Source of the DNA: a virus
DNA: 64,000 bases
Reading direction: 5' to 3' (one strand)
Virus record (IMG/VR): IMGVR_UViG_3300032286_000272
Coordinates: 2,962-66,961 of that record
The notes beneath the pieces were generated by a model. It saw only the letters and a list, made by a program, of their open reading frames with translations. It made no database searches and had not been told where the DNA came from. A program made the position numbers and the translations under genes. This document shows positions 20,801 to 27,418 of the stretch, in pieces (position 1 is the first letter of the stretch; every line of letters begins with the position of its first letter).

Positions 20801-22238
20801 CAAAGTTTACCTGATAAATTTTATTTCTTACATCTGCATCTCTATCAGCATTAAAAATTACTCGTTGACCTTGTTCAAGTAACCTGCCGTCGACATAATA
20901 TCCATAAGAATTTTCAACAGTGCTGAATACATCGGTTATTACATTATCAAAAAGATCAACATTACTATATCCTATCGATCCAAAATTATATAATTTTAAA
21001 TCTGGTTTAAATTCAATAATAGGACGCTGTGCTCTTTTAGACGCAGGATAAGCAGGAGTTTGTCCCGTTAATTCTGCGCTTACTTTAATAATATCTTTAT
21101 GGAACCAACGATTATAACGTGTCCAAGGATTTAAGTCCTGACTTGCTTTGTTAATAGTTACATATTCTGGTATGATAGGAAGTATTTTAAAATTATCAAA
21201 CGGATATAAATCAAACGGTTCTGCATCAAAATTATCATTATACTCGGGGCTTAATTTTTCAGAAACTGTTAATAGACTAGCGTCAACAAGTCTAATTGCC
21301 GAACCTACCCCTTCTACAAAAAATTCTTTATTTCTATAAGTTTCTGGATAGACTTCTCCGCTAAACTGAATTCTCATTCCATTAGAAAGTTTGACTCCAT
21401 TCCCAGACATATAGGAAACTTTGCCTATTACTTCTGCTTCTACGTCAATTGTAGAATTTTCAGTTGCACTCTTGACATTAATTTCTCCCACAAAATAAGG
21501 ATTATCATCTGTAGTATAATAAAGAACTGAAGGAGTATTGTCATCAATAACAATAGTAACTGTTCCAGAAGAAATGCCGTTATTAATGACACCACCTATA
21601 TACTGATCGCCTGTACCCAGGCTTGGAAAATTCTTTATATAGAATTTATGATTAGAATTTATTACAAAAGAAACTTCACTAGTCCTGTAAAGAGTAATGA
21701 GTGGATCTTCAGTTAATCCGTCCGGAGTAAAGATCCAACCTGTATCTGTTTCATTATCATTAACGGCATAGGTACTGTTAGATGCTGCCAATGTGCCGGT
21801 AATAGTAATAAGATTAGGTCCGGTAACTAACCAGTAGTAATCTTGATAGTTAACAAATTTATCCCAGTCAATAAACGGATCAAAACTGTAGTGTTCTGTT
21901 CTAAACAGTCTATCTAGATTGTTGTTAATTCCGCCTTCTACATTTATTTGATTAAGCAGATCGTCTATAGCAATAACGTCTTTTACCTCACCTGCTTCAT
22001 TTTTTACCACTAAAGAGGGATTAAGTTGATAATCTCTTCGTAATTCAAGAACTTCGGGAATGTAATTATCAGTAGTGCTTACATACGTTGGTGTTAATTT
22101 AGATCCAATGAATCCGTCTAATCTTTCAATTTGGGGTGGTTCCATTAATTGATCAATAGTACTTGCTAAGAATTTAGAATTCTTGTCTGTTCTCAAGTAC
22201 TCAGGTAATAAATCAACTGATTTTATTTTTTTTGCCAT
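8802..22238 (-). CDS. Giant (4478 aa) baseplate wedge-associated structural protein
   Basis: Uninterrupted ORF directly after the gp6-like gene. Contains FG-GAP-like repeats (LAGAPG, FGQSIS, AIGAPG, VGAPG) and many beta-rich modules. Exact T4 orthology is not established. Confidence 0.65.
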   Translation of the reverse strand: MAKKIKSVDLLPEYLRTDKNSKFLASTIDQLMEPPQIERLDGFIGSKLTPTYVSTTDNYIPEVLELRRDYQLNPSLVVKNEAGEVKDVIAIDDLLNQINVEGGINNNLDRLFRTEHYSFDPFIDWDKFVNYQDYYWLVTGPNLITITGTLAASNSTYAVNDNETDTGWIFTPDGLTEDPLITLYRTSEVSFVINSNHKFYIKNFPSLGTGDQYIGGVINNGISSGTVTIVIDDNTPSVLYYTTDDNPYFVGEINVKSATENSTIDVEAEVIGKVSYMSGNGVKLSNGMRIQFSGEVYPETYRNKEFFVEGVGSAIRLVDASLLTVSEKLSPEYNDNFDAEPFDLYPFDNFKILPIIPEYVTINKASQDLNPWTRYNRWFHKDIIKVSAELTGQTPAYPASKRAQRPIIEFKPDLKLYNFGSIGYSNVDLFDNVITDVFSTVENSYGYYVDGRLLEQGQRVIFNADRDADVRNKIYQVNFVNIFNRITLAIESKLQLVPIEDLIVEGVSITVNHGTEYQGSSWWYNGSSWKYAQQHTKLNQAPLFDLFDSIGSSYSNTTLYDSSFKGNKIFGYDTGSIYDAVLDFGIKYKSNAATGVGSWLFKNYFSSDTFNVIENSVVSPVLSSNTFIKVNDPYESYFGNVWKPAKEYQIPILQFGSVSEETTLFEINAIENPVGATFDLEVYVNNARLTNTQFDVITENYKSYVEFLDPISAGSDILLKIRTTAKDNENGWYEPPLSLTNNPLNGNINSLSFSELSDHLKSMVNQSYSLSNPAVRDAANLSSYGTRLIANVNPISFANFFIGIKEHSLLDAIEKSADQYNQFKVAFLKKITEIDIALDPSIAVDVVLKDLNKDKDVNSPWHISDMVPYGADKIRRTWTVTDSRNTVYPITTDFNLTQLSNRAVLVYLNGEQLLFGQSYEFTVDSAVQFLIPLSKGDIIVIDDYTDTTGSYVPSTPTKLGLYPKFTPAIYLDDTYLNETAVIQGHDGSITIAYDDYRDNIILELEKRIYNNIKSQYNFDILDINSVLPNAFKSTNLYNLDEVNTILQQDFIKWAGFYGIEYTNNSPFDESDPWTYNYLNGYNSTLGINVRGNWRSIYKYFYGTDKPHTAPWEMLGFSEEPNWWKDEYGTAPYTLGNVFLWNDLEEGRIRQGDRVGVHVDYARPGLSSIIPVDQFGNLLNPSVNLISNITSYNRRQPWIFGDQGAGETAWRRSSYWPFAVQRMLALTQPATYSSLLYDPSRISKNSAGQWVYGTDKVYLNLKAVEIFGYNDTLTSGYSVYISEVGKQRLTTYLDSLTTDLKNLDFNLFYKVGGFINKQKVQLLIDAVSPDSTNLGSILPQEDYQLILNISNPIKSLNISGIIVQRATDGYIIKGYDTYKPYFEIYDSIRNSTTPSITVGGVSENYVNWSPTTTGGATGLDAVDTTTAKAAFGNHFYSSGSVVRYENKFYRVKVDHLAEDTFNDALFQIIPILPVKGGATVQTSINFNKTSRKISYGTKLENIQAVYDLIIGYGKWLSDQGFIFDHYDVELGESLDWDLSAKEFLYWSTQNWADNSIITLSPFATQLKYSYPTSVVDNLFDNYYSYSILNASGLTFPQSFLNVSRFDGVCKFEVTGSQDGIYFATINSVQKEHAIIFNNNTVFNDTIYNIETGYRQLRMKLSGFRTSGWDGDYYSPGFVYDDVKIKNWDKYVDYKYADVIKFSGRYYIAAKSIQGKQYFSTDDGWVLLNEKPVSGLLPNFDYKINQFEDFYSLDIDNFDSSQQKMAQHLVGYTPRVYLNSIFTNPIAQYKFYQGYIKEKGTKNAVNKIAKASIFNRQGEIDYTEEWAFRIGNYGSYSSFQELELPLVEGSFLENPQVITFVDSVPAASNDLINYIVPSNLSIKPTDYTSNNIFATTSTNVFEFNFAGYANTNDVTYQFYNDSFLLSYENNREFVEGDVFWIGFTDNGDWNVSRYDRIHDIGITGINIVIGTSLTFTTTDRHGLSVGDYVSITQLNDTINRIYQVENIPSLEQFTVATTLTSVVSVPETPSGALFKLSTARYDIFDNLPADSEMVRYPAGTKFWIDNDQAIDDNIWSVYEKIQNYNGTAVVTPASPTNQKLGHSLSKTTSSNILLAGAPGFYNSEGTGSVFVYTRSTNGIVSRRFKFNLNENQTAYYDDKSNSEFGFKVVLSPVEFSTSTHGLIFAGAPGLNNAKGTGLPGGVRYATVSGSASGLAQEGAVKISSIDPILFTDNTELVLLSPDPTSYYRFGQSISVGNSGTSLLIGEPGTENTGTGRVWSYNVDLTSSTFITTSSAYMLDTSDVPITVGSQFGYSISSSEVGLYAIGAPGTAGTGFVAIYDGIGDTVPQVITPETVNFPNWAEEGLDYGRFGHIVLLTDAGDKLFVSSPEHRNINNSFGAVLIYSRQENGTFDNINPQILSNPIPGQGMRFGVSLDYDAATETLVIGSVGRNNSVYVTFDNDDTTFDSNSTQFLDIVENYGTAYIYQKKSSGTRYVLAEELKPKVNTLSDIVETRFGFDVLVENNTIYVGAPGTSSTSKFYYFNKVDLAKNSLTAIQTYEDPIDVHVIEKAAIYDLYDQSIVEFLEVIDPAKGKIAGIAEQELKYRSNFDPAIYSTGTVLTVNDTTSNWLDERVGDLWWDLSTVKYVLYEQSSLLYRKNNWGKLFPGSSIDIYEWVGSVYLPSEWAALADTSEGLTEGISGQPRYANDSVYSVKPVYNSATNSFTDYYYYWVKNKVTVPNAKNRRISASQVSSIILDPTSYGLRYLSVIDNNALMLSNIEGLLVSDRMHLNIGYDNTKSDIPRHTEWLLLQENSTYSLPNALLEKKLLDSLIGHDSLGNLVPDPNLPARQKCGIEIRPRQSMFKNRTEALRNVVEFANQILLANPITGNYNFKNLNTQESYPDEYSGEWDQLVEDNEGLLLVNTLRLKQAKLSCTVYNGKIRAVVIDEPGFGYKTAPAVTILGNKGHSIIKTEIDLYGRIISCNIENAGIGYPDNQPPTLEVRPYSVIVIADNLYNGKWTLFEWNTMSSQWIRSQTQKYNTTLYWNYIDWASADYNQFIDYAYTVNEVYELMALTDITPGQYVKVKDGGDGRYIILEKTTSDVYGTFDTDYNLLYKEQGTIQISDDIWNIKNSNYGFDDIDTRYDQTLYDQTPDLELQYILQALKQDIFVNELKVNWNLLFFKSVRYALTEQKILDWAFKTSFINVTNYSGLLDQTPSYKLRNDTSFEEYLKEVKPYHTQLRSYTTNYKNLEESNTYTTDFDLPTDYNRNTGLYEVTNSMLSEYPWKSWSDNYLYGVGSISIGDPGETYLYNPEILIQPAPGDYGTGATAVAYISSGKISSIEIINSGSGYKLPPVVKAIGGGASKDAILYARLSNNKVRSNLIGIKFDRTSKSSSIGNVVTSDSFICDGSANEFILTWYAEPTKSNIQITLDGDLVLSTDYRVVQYQEQFKDYNKKYSKIVLTKEIPTAGKQLDISYNKNIELFNAVDRIVNYYTATSGMPGTLEQLMAGIEYPGVTLEGLPFDYSTKWGTTFTNYTSNYDKGVWADEVSYYKKVKVSSTASIGTATVIVTSTNGLAVGLIANVISSTETSFITTTTDVSISAINTITNAVTFSTLTSRTLVPGDIIEFWNYDTNSSLLDTAFDAGDLANTYSLGINPEDIIIDGDQFISSAVSYAPDEMVPGFVTESIGINVYTRNSGALSSKIVSNYIGIQTGTTTSAKLMMLPPNKDSIYVTFDGKVFQYSTTTEFTTSTEFTVDWATENLIIPPQTTSGPVGYTIMGIGSAGPNVEIGAIDTAAAVSVGTSTAEVIGLSSIGTIKSAYVTVNGEVISETTSTSVYGYRIESAGEYNNRVAARVYNLNTATTATIQAWFFGNSFKYYNEPIEQFITTTLSTNTYNLTFPPGIIEPAAANAIVEIKTNNGNKRLIPPIISYYKVTDPAQLSYVVDKYKSDVDTNIANRTIRVYKNGAELSYGADWTKPSTEDIVNITAGIINVGDVLAILMISIDNSVPDYDIQNNQITILNTGNIPPGSQLRIVTFNNHDNLQLRVERFPGKTHRKFKLSREIIDDNYLWVEVDGIPLINKFDYLMLDDNQTIQLRKEVPMSKISKVVVTTVDNSKPTDEVLGYRIFTDIFNRTHFKRLSKENTTILAEPLYSTGTQIVVEDATVLIPPITGKNIPGVVLINKERIEFYKINGNVLSQLRRGTLGTGSSDYLPIGTKVIDQSPEQTVPYEDRIYRQTQWTTSTTDTYIISTVTSTATNGLSTVISDGITLQYQPTATSLETISAKDQVIVTYGGRVLRKDDYVYHDFTVAYDSLEYQLLGTTSTVSLLPAGINIGDAYKVADTKQIWVYSGSIEKNAINGYVYKGLNYLEPEFTVNTSTKEITLNINGGVQQNIKLEIIKREATTSTVWNDVLGWNQTRTLMDSDTKPANFLQSRPAELPTQFYYTPVVPYFPPDYVIYLENGLALTTEFSNPLQGL

Positions 22239-22240
22239 TA

Positions 22241-25200
22241 TTAACTTCCGCTAGATGTAACAATTGTTGCTGTAGTGTTTAACTGTGATGCAGTGATTGC
22301 ATTGATTACCTGTATGTCGTTTACGGTTGCGCCGCTTATAAAAATCTCGTTACTTAAACAAGCTACTTCGTATAAACTTCCAAAATTGTTTATTTTTGGA
22401 ACAACGACAAAGTTTGTAATGTAAGGACTAACTTCATTCATGACATAGGTAACTAATTCACTAAAATAGAAAGATTGTCCAAATTCCCAATTTTCTAAAG
22501 CAAAGAAATTATTAATAGTCTCTAAGATTCTTGTTTTAATTTCATTATCACTAATAGGTATTGCGTTGTTTTTAACAGCTTTAAAAGTAGCCTGTAAATT
22601 AATATCAGCTTTTGAGCCAAACAATATTTTATATTTTACCGGCTGAAACACAATCTCGTCGCTTATTGTCTTGATGTTTTCAAGACCACTGGCATAGTTT
22701 TGTTCTAGACTTTGGCTCGTAGGAGTTAATGGTTCAGTTCCTATGCCAGTACTTAGCCATGTTCTAAAATCTAAATCATATCTGTTTGTTAACAAATATA
22801 GATCCATAATATTACTCTTACTAGGGTCAACTCGGCGTGTTTCTCCGCTGTTATGAATGTATTGGAATTTTACATTATTTCTGCCAAGGTATGCAGAATA
22901 TTCTGGTTGATATGTCCATAGTGTCGACGTAGAATATTTCTTTACCACATTTTCAGAAGGATTAGAAAAATAATATAATTGATCGTTAATTGGAGAAGAG
23001 ACAGAAGCCTGTGTAGAGGTTGTTATAATATCATCATTAGACAGCTGGGTTCGCAACCCGTTGGTCATTGTTTTAAAGAAAATATAGTTTGTGCCTGTTC
23101 CTACTATGTTTTCAAAAGTGTCAGGATCTTCAATTTGTCCTGCATTATTATAATCGTAAAAACTTACTTTGACTTTTTTAGGTTCTACATAACCGTCAGG
23201 TTCAATAATTGACGAATCAACTTGCCATAGATAATCTTTTCCTAAACTAACAACTGGAGAAACATTGCTTGCTGTATTAATAGATAATACTGTAATTTTA
23301 TCTTTAATTACTGTATTAGTAGTGTAATCATAGTTGACATTGTTGCTATCAATGTAAAACGCAGTCTGTTGCTCGCTTTCAAAGATATAATCAGTAATTC
23401 TATACCTGACTCGATATCCTTTACCGTTCCAATTAAAACAAACTAGCCAGCTGGAATCTTGTTGAGTATTGGTTTTGTCGCCTTGCTTAAAAAGATCAAA
23501 TGAGCCAAAAGAATTTAAGTTTGTGTCGAGTATAATTGACCATTCTCTTGTTGTATTGTTAATAGTTAAACCAAAGTTACGCTGAGTCCGGCATAGATTT
23601 ACTATTTCGTTTTCAAAAGCATACGAATATGCACTCTTATATTTGGGGATAACTTCAATGGGTTGAGCAGTAGAAGCAATAAGTGTACTCAATACTATAG
23701 GACCTGTGCCGTCTGATAATGTGCCTTGGCCGCTGTTAGATCCGTCGCTAACAACTTTTGTAACTGTAGCCCAAGTTATAGTATTGTCTTGATTCAAAAA
23801 TTTAATCATCGAACCTACAGAAACATATTTTAAATTATTAGTTGTAAAAGATCCTACACTCTGTGGTGTTGACGGAGACGAGTCTGGCTGTGTCTCAAAA
23901 TAACCAGAACACTGTCCAGACATCTTAGTAATCTGTTTCCATTGTAAATTTAAATCAACTAATGTAAATCTTTCAAAATTATCTAAGTAGAAAGATCTCA
24001 TTGCTGTAGAACTAATAATAGGACCCAGGCGTTCATTAACAACAGAATACACCTCATTACTGTTCGTAAATTCAAAATCAAAATATTCTTCGTAAGAATT
24101 TTTGTAGAGCATTCCGTCAGTCGCAAATATATTTGTTTGGCCGTATTTGCTGCTTACATCACTTAGGTCAAAATACTTGCTAAGACCACTAGTAACGCGG
24201 TTAATACTTTTTATTTTTAAAATATCATTGCTAAGAGACAAAGGAGCAATATTATAATCTTCAGCAGTGACCATTCTGTTTTGCGTATAATAAACTTGAG
24301 GAGCCTTGCTTCGAATACTTGCATTACTTTCTGTGGCAGAACTATTAGAAACTGTATATTGTAAACTAAGAGTTAAAGAAAGCGTATGGCTCTGACCAAT
24401 TTTATTAACATAAGGTATTTGAACAATAATGCCGTTCATTTGTTCTGGTTTAATACTATATTCAGATCCGTTACTTTGACGATATAATAGTCTAAATTCT
24501 CCCTTAGGAAGATTACCAAATGCGCCGTCTGCAAAGTTTAAATCAATTTGATCGCTGTCTCTGCTGGTAACACTGTAGATGTTTCTTTCATTTTTACTTA
24601 GACTATTATAGATAATATTATTACCAGTAATAGCAGACACTTTATTCCAAAGAGTTGAATAGTTAGCATTGCCGTCTAATTGCCATAACCAAACATCTGT
24701 ATCGTTGATATTGCCTGTATTAACACCGATTATCTCATTAGGTACAGGATTAGTAACAGAAAAACTAGCCAGCCCTAAAGTTCCTTGACGAAAGTGAGTA
24801 AAGAAACCTGTGTTAGAACTTCCATATCCTTGATTGTCATTTTTCCAAATTAAACTAAATGCATTTCCGGGGGAAGGAGGTTCTTCATATACAGTGCTAG
24901 ATCCAGAAAATGTGCAGCTGGTTACTTCAAAATTCATGTTGGCGCCGTTGATATTTTTTAAAAAACTAAAAACAGGAACATCAGTATTAGAGCTGCTAAT
25001 TCGATATTGTTCTGTAAAAATTCCATCAACTGTTCCACGATCGTACGGCTTACCAAATACAAAACTTCCAGGCATTGCCGAGTTAATAACTGTGATAAAT
25101 TGCTGGTACCAATCTGCATTGGTAGAATCATTCCAAGATATTGTGGTGTTGGCTAGGTTAATTCTATTTGCATCAACAACAGAATCTGTTGTAGAAATTC

Positions 25201-25561
25201 CAACTAATTTTAAAAATCCATTTGACGGTACGTTACGTTTAGGAACATAACTGATAAGCTGGGCCAAACGCAACACACTGTCTCTACGTTCAGCAGTTTC
25301 TAAGAAGTTTTCTCTTGCATTAAGATCAACTCGAAAACTTAAATTTTGTCCTAGGTAAGCAATAAGGTCGATAAGTGCAACATATTCACTACTGTCGATA
25401 AAATCGTTAAAATCTTCGGGATAGTTTTCACGAAGATATTGAATCATCGTGCGGCGGAGTGTTTCAAAGTCGTAACTTTGGAAGTCTGCATTGCGGAAGC
25501 TCTGATATATCTTCTTCCAATCTTCTGCAACAAGTAGTTTAGTGTTTGTCGATGGGATCAT
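22241..25561 (-). CDS. Baseplate wedge subunit (T4 gp6-like)
   Basis: Motifs YDFETLR..YL, LIDLIAYLGQ, ENFLETAERRDSVLRLAQLISYVP and ESNASIR.KAP..YYTQNRMVTAEDY. Adjacent to the gp25-like gene. Confidence 0.85.
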   Translation of the reverse strand: MIPSTNTKLLVAEDWKKIYQSFRNADFQSYDFETLRRTMIQYLRENYPEDFNDFIDSSEYVALIDLIAYLGQNLSFRVDLNARENFLETAERRDSVLRLAQLISYVPKRNVPSNGFLKLVGISTTDSVVDANRINLANTTISWNDSTNADWYQQFITVINSAMPGSFVFGKPYDRGTVDGIFTEQYRISSSNTDVPVFSFLKNINGANMNFEVTSCTFSGSSTVYEEPPSPGNAFSLIWKNDNQGYGSSNTGFFTHFRQGTLGLASFSVTNPVPNEIIGVNTGNINDTDVWLWQLDGNANYSTLWNKVSAITGNNIIYNSLSKNERNIYSVTSRDSDQIDLNFADGAFGNLPKGEFRLLYRQSNGSEYSIKPEQMNGIIVQIPYVNKIGQSHTLSLTLSLQYTVSNSSATESNASIRSKAPQVYYTQNRMVTAEDYNIAPLSLSNDILKIKSINRVTSGLSKYFDLSDVSSKYGQTNIFATDGMLYKNSYEEYFDFEFTNSNEVYSVVNERLGPIISSTAMRSFYLDNFERFTLVDLNLQWKQITKMSGQCSGYFETQPDSSPSTPQSVGSFTTNNLKYVSVGSMIKFLNQDNTITWATVTKVVSDGSNSGQGTLSDGTGPIVLSTLIASTAQPIEVIPKYKSAYSYAFENEIVNLCRTQRNFGLTINNTTREWSIILDTNLNSFGSFDLFKQGDKTNTQQDSSWLVCFNWNGKGYRVRYRITDYIFESEQQTAFYIDSNNVNYDYTTNTVIKDKITVLSINTASNVSPVVSLGKDYLWQVDSSIIEPDGYVEPKKVKVSFYDYNNAGQIEDPDTFENIVGTGTNYIFFKTMTNGLRTQLSNDDIITTSTQASVSSPINDQLYYFSNPSENVVKKYSTSTLWTYQPEYSAYLGRNNVKFQYIHNSGETRRVDPSKSNIMDLYLLTNRYDLDFRTWLSTGIGTEPLTPTSQSLEQNYASGLENIKTISDEIVFQPVKYKILFGSKADINLQATFKAVKNNAIPISDNEIKTRILETINNFFALENWEFGQSFYFSELVTYVMNEVSPYITNFVVVPKINNFGSLYEVACLSNEIFISGATVNDIQVINAITASQLNTTATIVTSSGS

Positions 25562-25580
25562 AATTTTTAACTTTATACCA

Positions 25581-25587
25581 TATTTAT
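25581..25587 (-). promoter_or_regulatory. T4-like late promoter (ATAAATA)
   Basis: Intergenic TATTTAT about 20 nt upstream of the gp6-like start. Confidence 0.6.
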
Positions 25588-25608
25588 TGTAAAAATAAAG
25601 TTGGTATT

Positions 25609-26049
25609 TTATTGTTGCACAACAAGGCCTATTGATTGATCAAACTGCAAACGCATATTTGAGGTTTGATCTGTATTTTTTAACAAAAGTGTTAATTCTA
25701 AAAAATATCCAGTTTCGTATTCTGTGAGATCCATTTGTATAGGTGTTACTCTAGGATCACTTGTACAAATAACTTGAATATCGTCCATAAATTGTTGTCG
25801 GGTAATTGGAGTAGCCGGTTCCATTATAAGGTCCCATATTGCACTACCAAAAGTAGGATTCATTACTCGTTCACCTCTACGAGTTCGAAAACTGTTTATA
25901 ATATCTTGTTTTACTAAATCAAAATCAAATAGTTTGGTAGCCGAGGTAGTATCATCAACAGAGCTAAATCCTTTGTAATACTGGGACTGTTTTACCAGTG
26001 CAGTGTTTACAGCACCCGTATCATTAATTTCAATGTTTTTGTATGGCAT
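25609..26049 (-). CDS. Baseplate wedge protein gp25-like (sheath initiator)
   Basis: LVKQDIINSFRTRRGERVMNPTFGSAIWDLIMEP..DPRV is the GPW/gp25 signature. Confidence 0.9.
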   Translation of the reverse strand: MPYKNIEINDTGAVNTALVKQSQYYKGFSSVDDTTSATKLFDFDLVKQDIINSFRTRRGERVMNPTFGSAIWDLIMEPATPITRQQFMDDIQVICTSDPRVTPIQMDLTEYETGYFLELTLLLKNTDQTSNMRLQFDQSIGLVVQQ

Positions 26050-26053
26050 GGTA

Positions 26054-26060
26054 TATTTAT
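26054..26060 (-). promoter_or_regulatory. T4-like late promoter (ATAAATA)
   Basis: Minus strand reads ATAAATA-tacc-ATG. Confidence 0.65.
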
Positions 26061-26081
26061 AGGTCTTTGATTTACAGATTA

Positions 26082-27416
26082 TTACCCGTTACTTTCGTGC
26101 TGTACATATGGCTCGTGTGTAGGGGCACGTTTTACAATAGTATTTAGGCTTCCTGCAGATCCGCCGGTATTAGGTAAACTGGTTGTTCCTATAGCAGTAG
26201 CAACAGCAGCAGATTCTGCTGCAGGTCCATTCATATGTATCTGGTTGGCACTTTCTAAATGTTGACCGCCTGATCTAATATTAGTACTTCCACTAGCTGT
26301 AAAATTATTATTACCGGTAGCACTTACTTCTAAATTTTTTCCTACCGTGATGTAACCGCTGTCATTTACAATTAAAGATAGATTTCCTGCAGACTCTATC
26401 TTAACTCCAGCTGTACCAGATTTAATATTAACTGCTCCGCCAGCTTCAAGATTTATATCGCCGCTGGCTAAGAAATTAAAATCTTTTTCGCTGTGTATGC
26501 TAACACTGTCTTGTGCATAGATATCAATTTTTCCATTACTGGTCATTTCAATCCATGCTGTGCCTTTACTGTTGGCAATGTAGATTAAATCTTTGGTGTT
26601 GTGCATCAAGATTTGATGCCCTGTTCTTGTTCTAAGTCTTATCAGTTCATTGTCACCGTTGACATCGCCGTCATCCATAACAAATGACGACCCGCCCAAT
26701 CTACTGATTGGTGCACGTCTATCACCGCTATAACCAATTTTTGCTTTTGGACCGTTGGGATCCAATGGTCCAGGAGTACTGATGCCGAACACACCGCTGG
26801 GCACTTCTCTTCGAGCACTGCTGCTGGTGGTGCCTCTGACAGTATCTAATAATAGGCCTTGCTCAAGAAGTCTGTCTGCAAAAGGATGCACAGGCCTGAC
26901 TATGGTATTAATGTTAGTTTTCTTTGCCTGTTGATCGCCTTTGTTAAACTCTGCAACAGGCAAGTAGTCAGTTCCGTATTTTCTTTTCTGTTCAGGAGTA
27001 AGGGCTACATATTCACTGGCAGCAATACCGGGTATCATATGATTCTGGAATGTATCCTGTACGCAGCCAAACCAATAACCTTGATTAGGATCTCCGTCGA
27101 CAAAGATAACCATAATCATTGTGCCAATGTCGGGAGGTACCATCCAAAAACCATAACTCTTTTGTACGTCGTTATAGTCAAAAGCGTTGTTTCCTTCCCA
27201 ACGAACGCTGGTAGCTCCCGAAAACGGACTAAGATATTTTACAATATAAGTGCCGCCTTGAAGAGAAACAGAAGTAGAATTAAAAGGGTTTGTTACGCCC
27301 TGGGTTAATACCACTTCTAGACTACCCATGTAGCTAGGATCGAGGTGGTTAGTTATTTCTGCCAGGAAAGGTCCCGGAGATGGTAATCGTCCTTTTTTTC
27401 TATTATCTATTGCCAT
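26082..27416 (-). CDS. Baseplate central spike (gp5/VgrG-like OB fold plus beta-helix), no lysozyme domain seen
   Basis: Motifs DPSYMGSLEV, SYGFWMVPPDIG..V.F.DGDPNQGYWFG, IRLRTRTGHQI and WIEMTSNGKIDIY, followed by beta-helix repeats. Confidence 0.8.
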   Translation of the reverse strand: MAIDNRKKGRLPSPGPFLAEITNHLDPSYMGSLEVVLTQGVTNPFNSTSVSLQGGTYIVKYLSPFSGATSVRWEGNNAFDYNDVQKSYGFWMVPPDIGTMIMVIFVDGDPNQGYWFGCVQDTFQNHMIPGIAASEYVALTPEQKRKYGTDYLPVAEFNKGDQQAKKTNINTIVRPVHPFADRLLEQGLLLDTVRGTTSSSARREVPSGVFGISTPGPLDPNGPKAKIGYSGDRRAPISRLGGSSFVMDDGDVNGDNELIRLRTRTGHQILMHNTKDLIYIANSKGTAWIEMTSNGKIDIYAQDSVSIHSEKDFNFLASGDINLEAGGAVNIKSGTAGVKIESAGNLSLIVNDSGYITVGKNLEVSATGNNNFTASGSTNIRSGGQHLESANQIHMNGPAAESAAVATAIGTTSLPNTGGSAGSLNTIVKRAPTHEPYVQHESNG

Positions 27417-27418
27417 AA

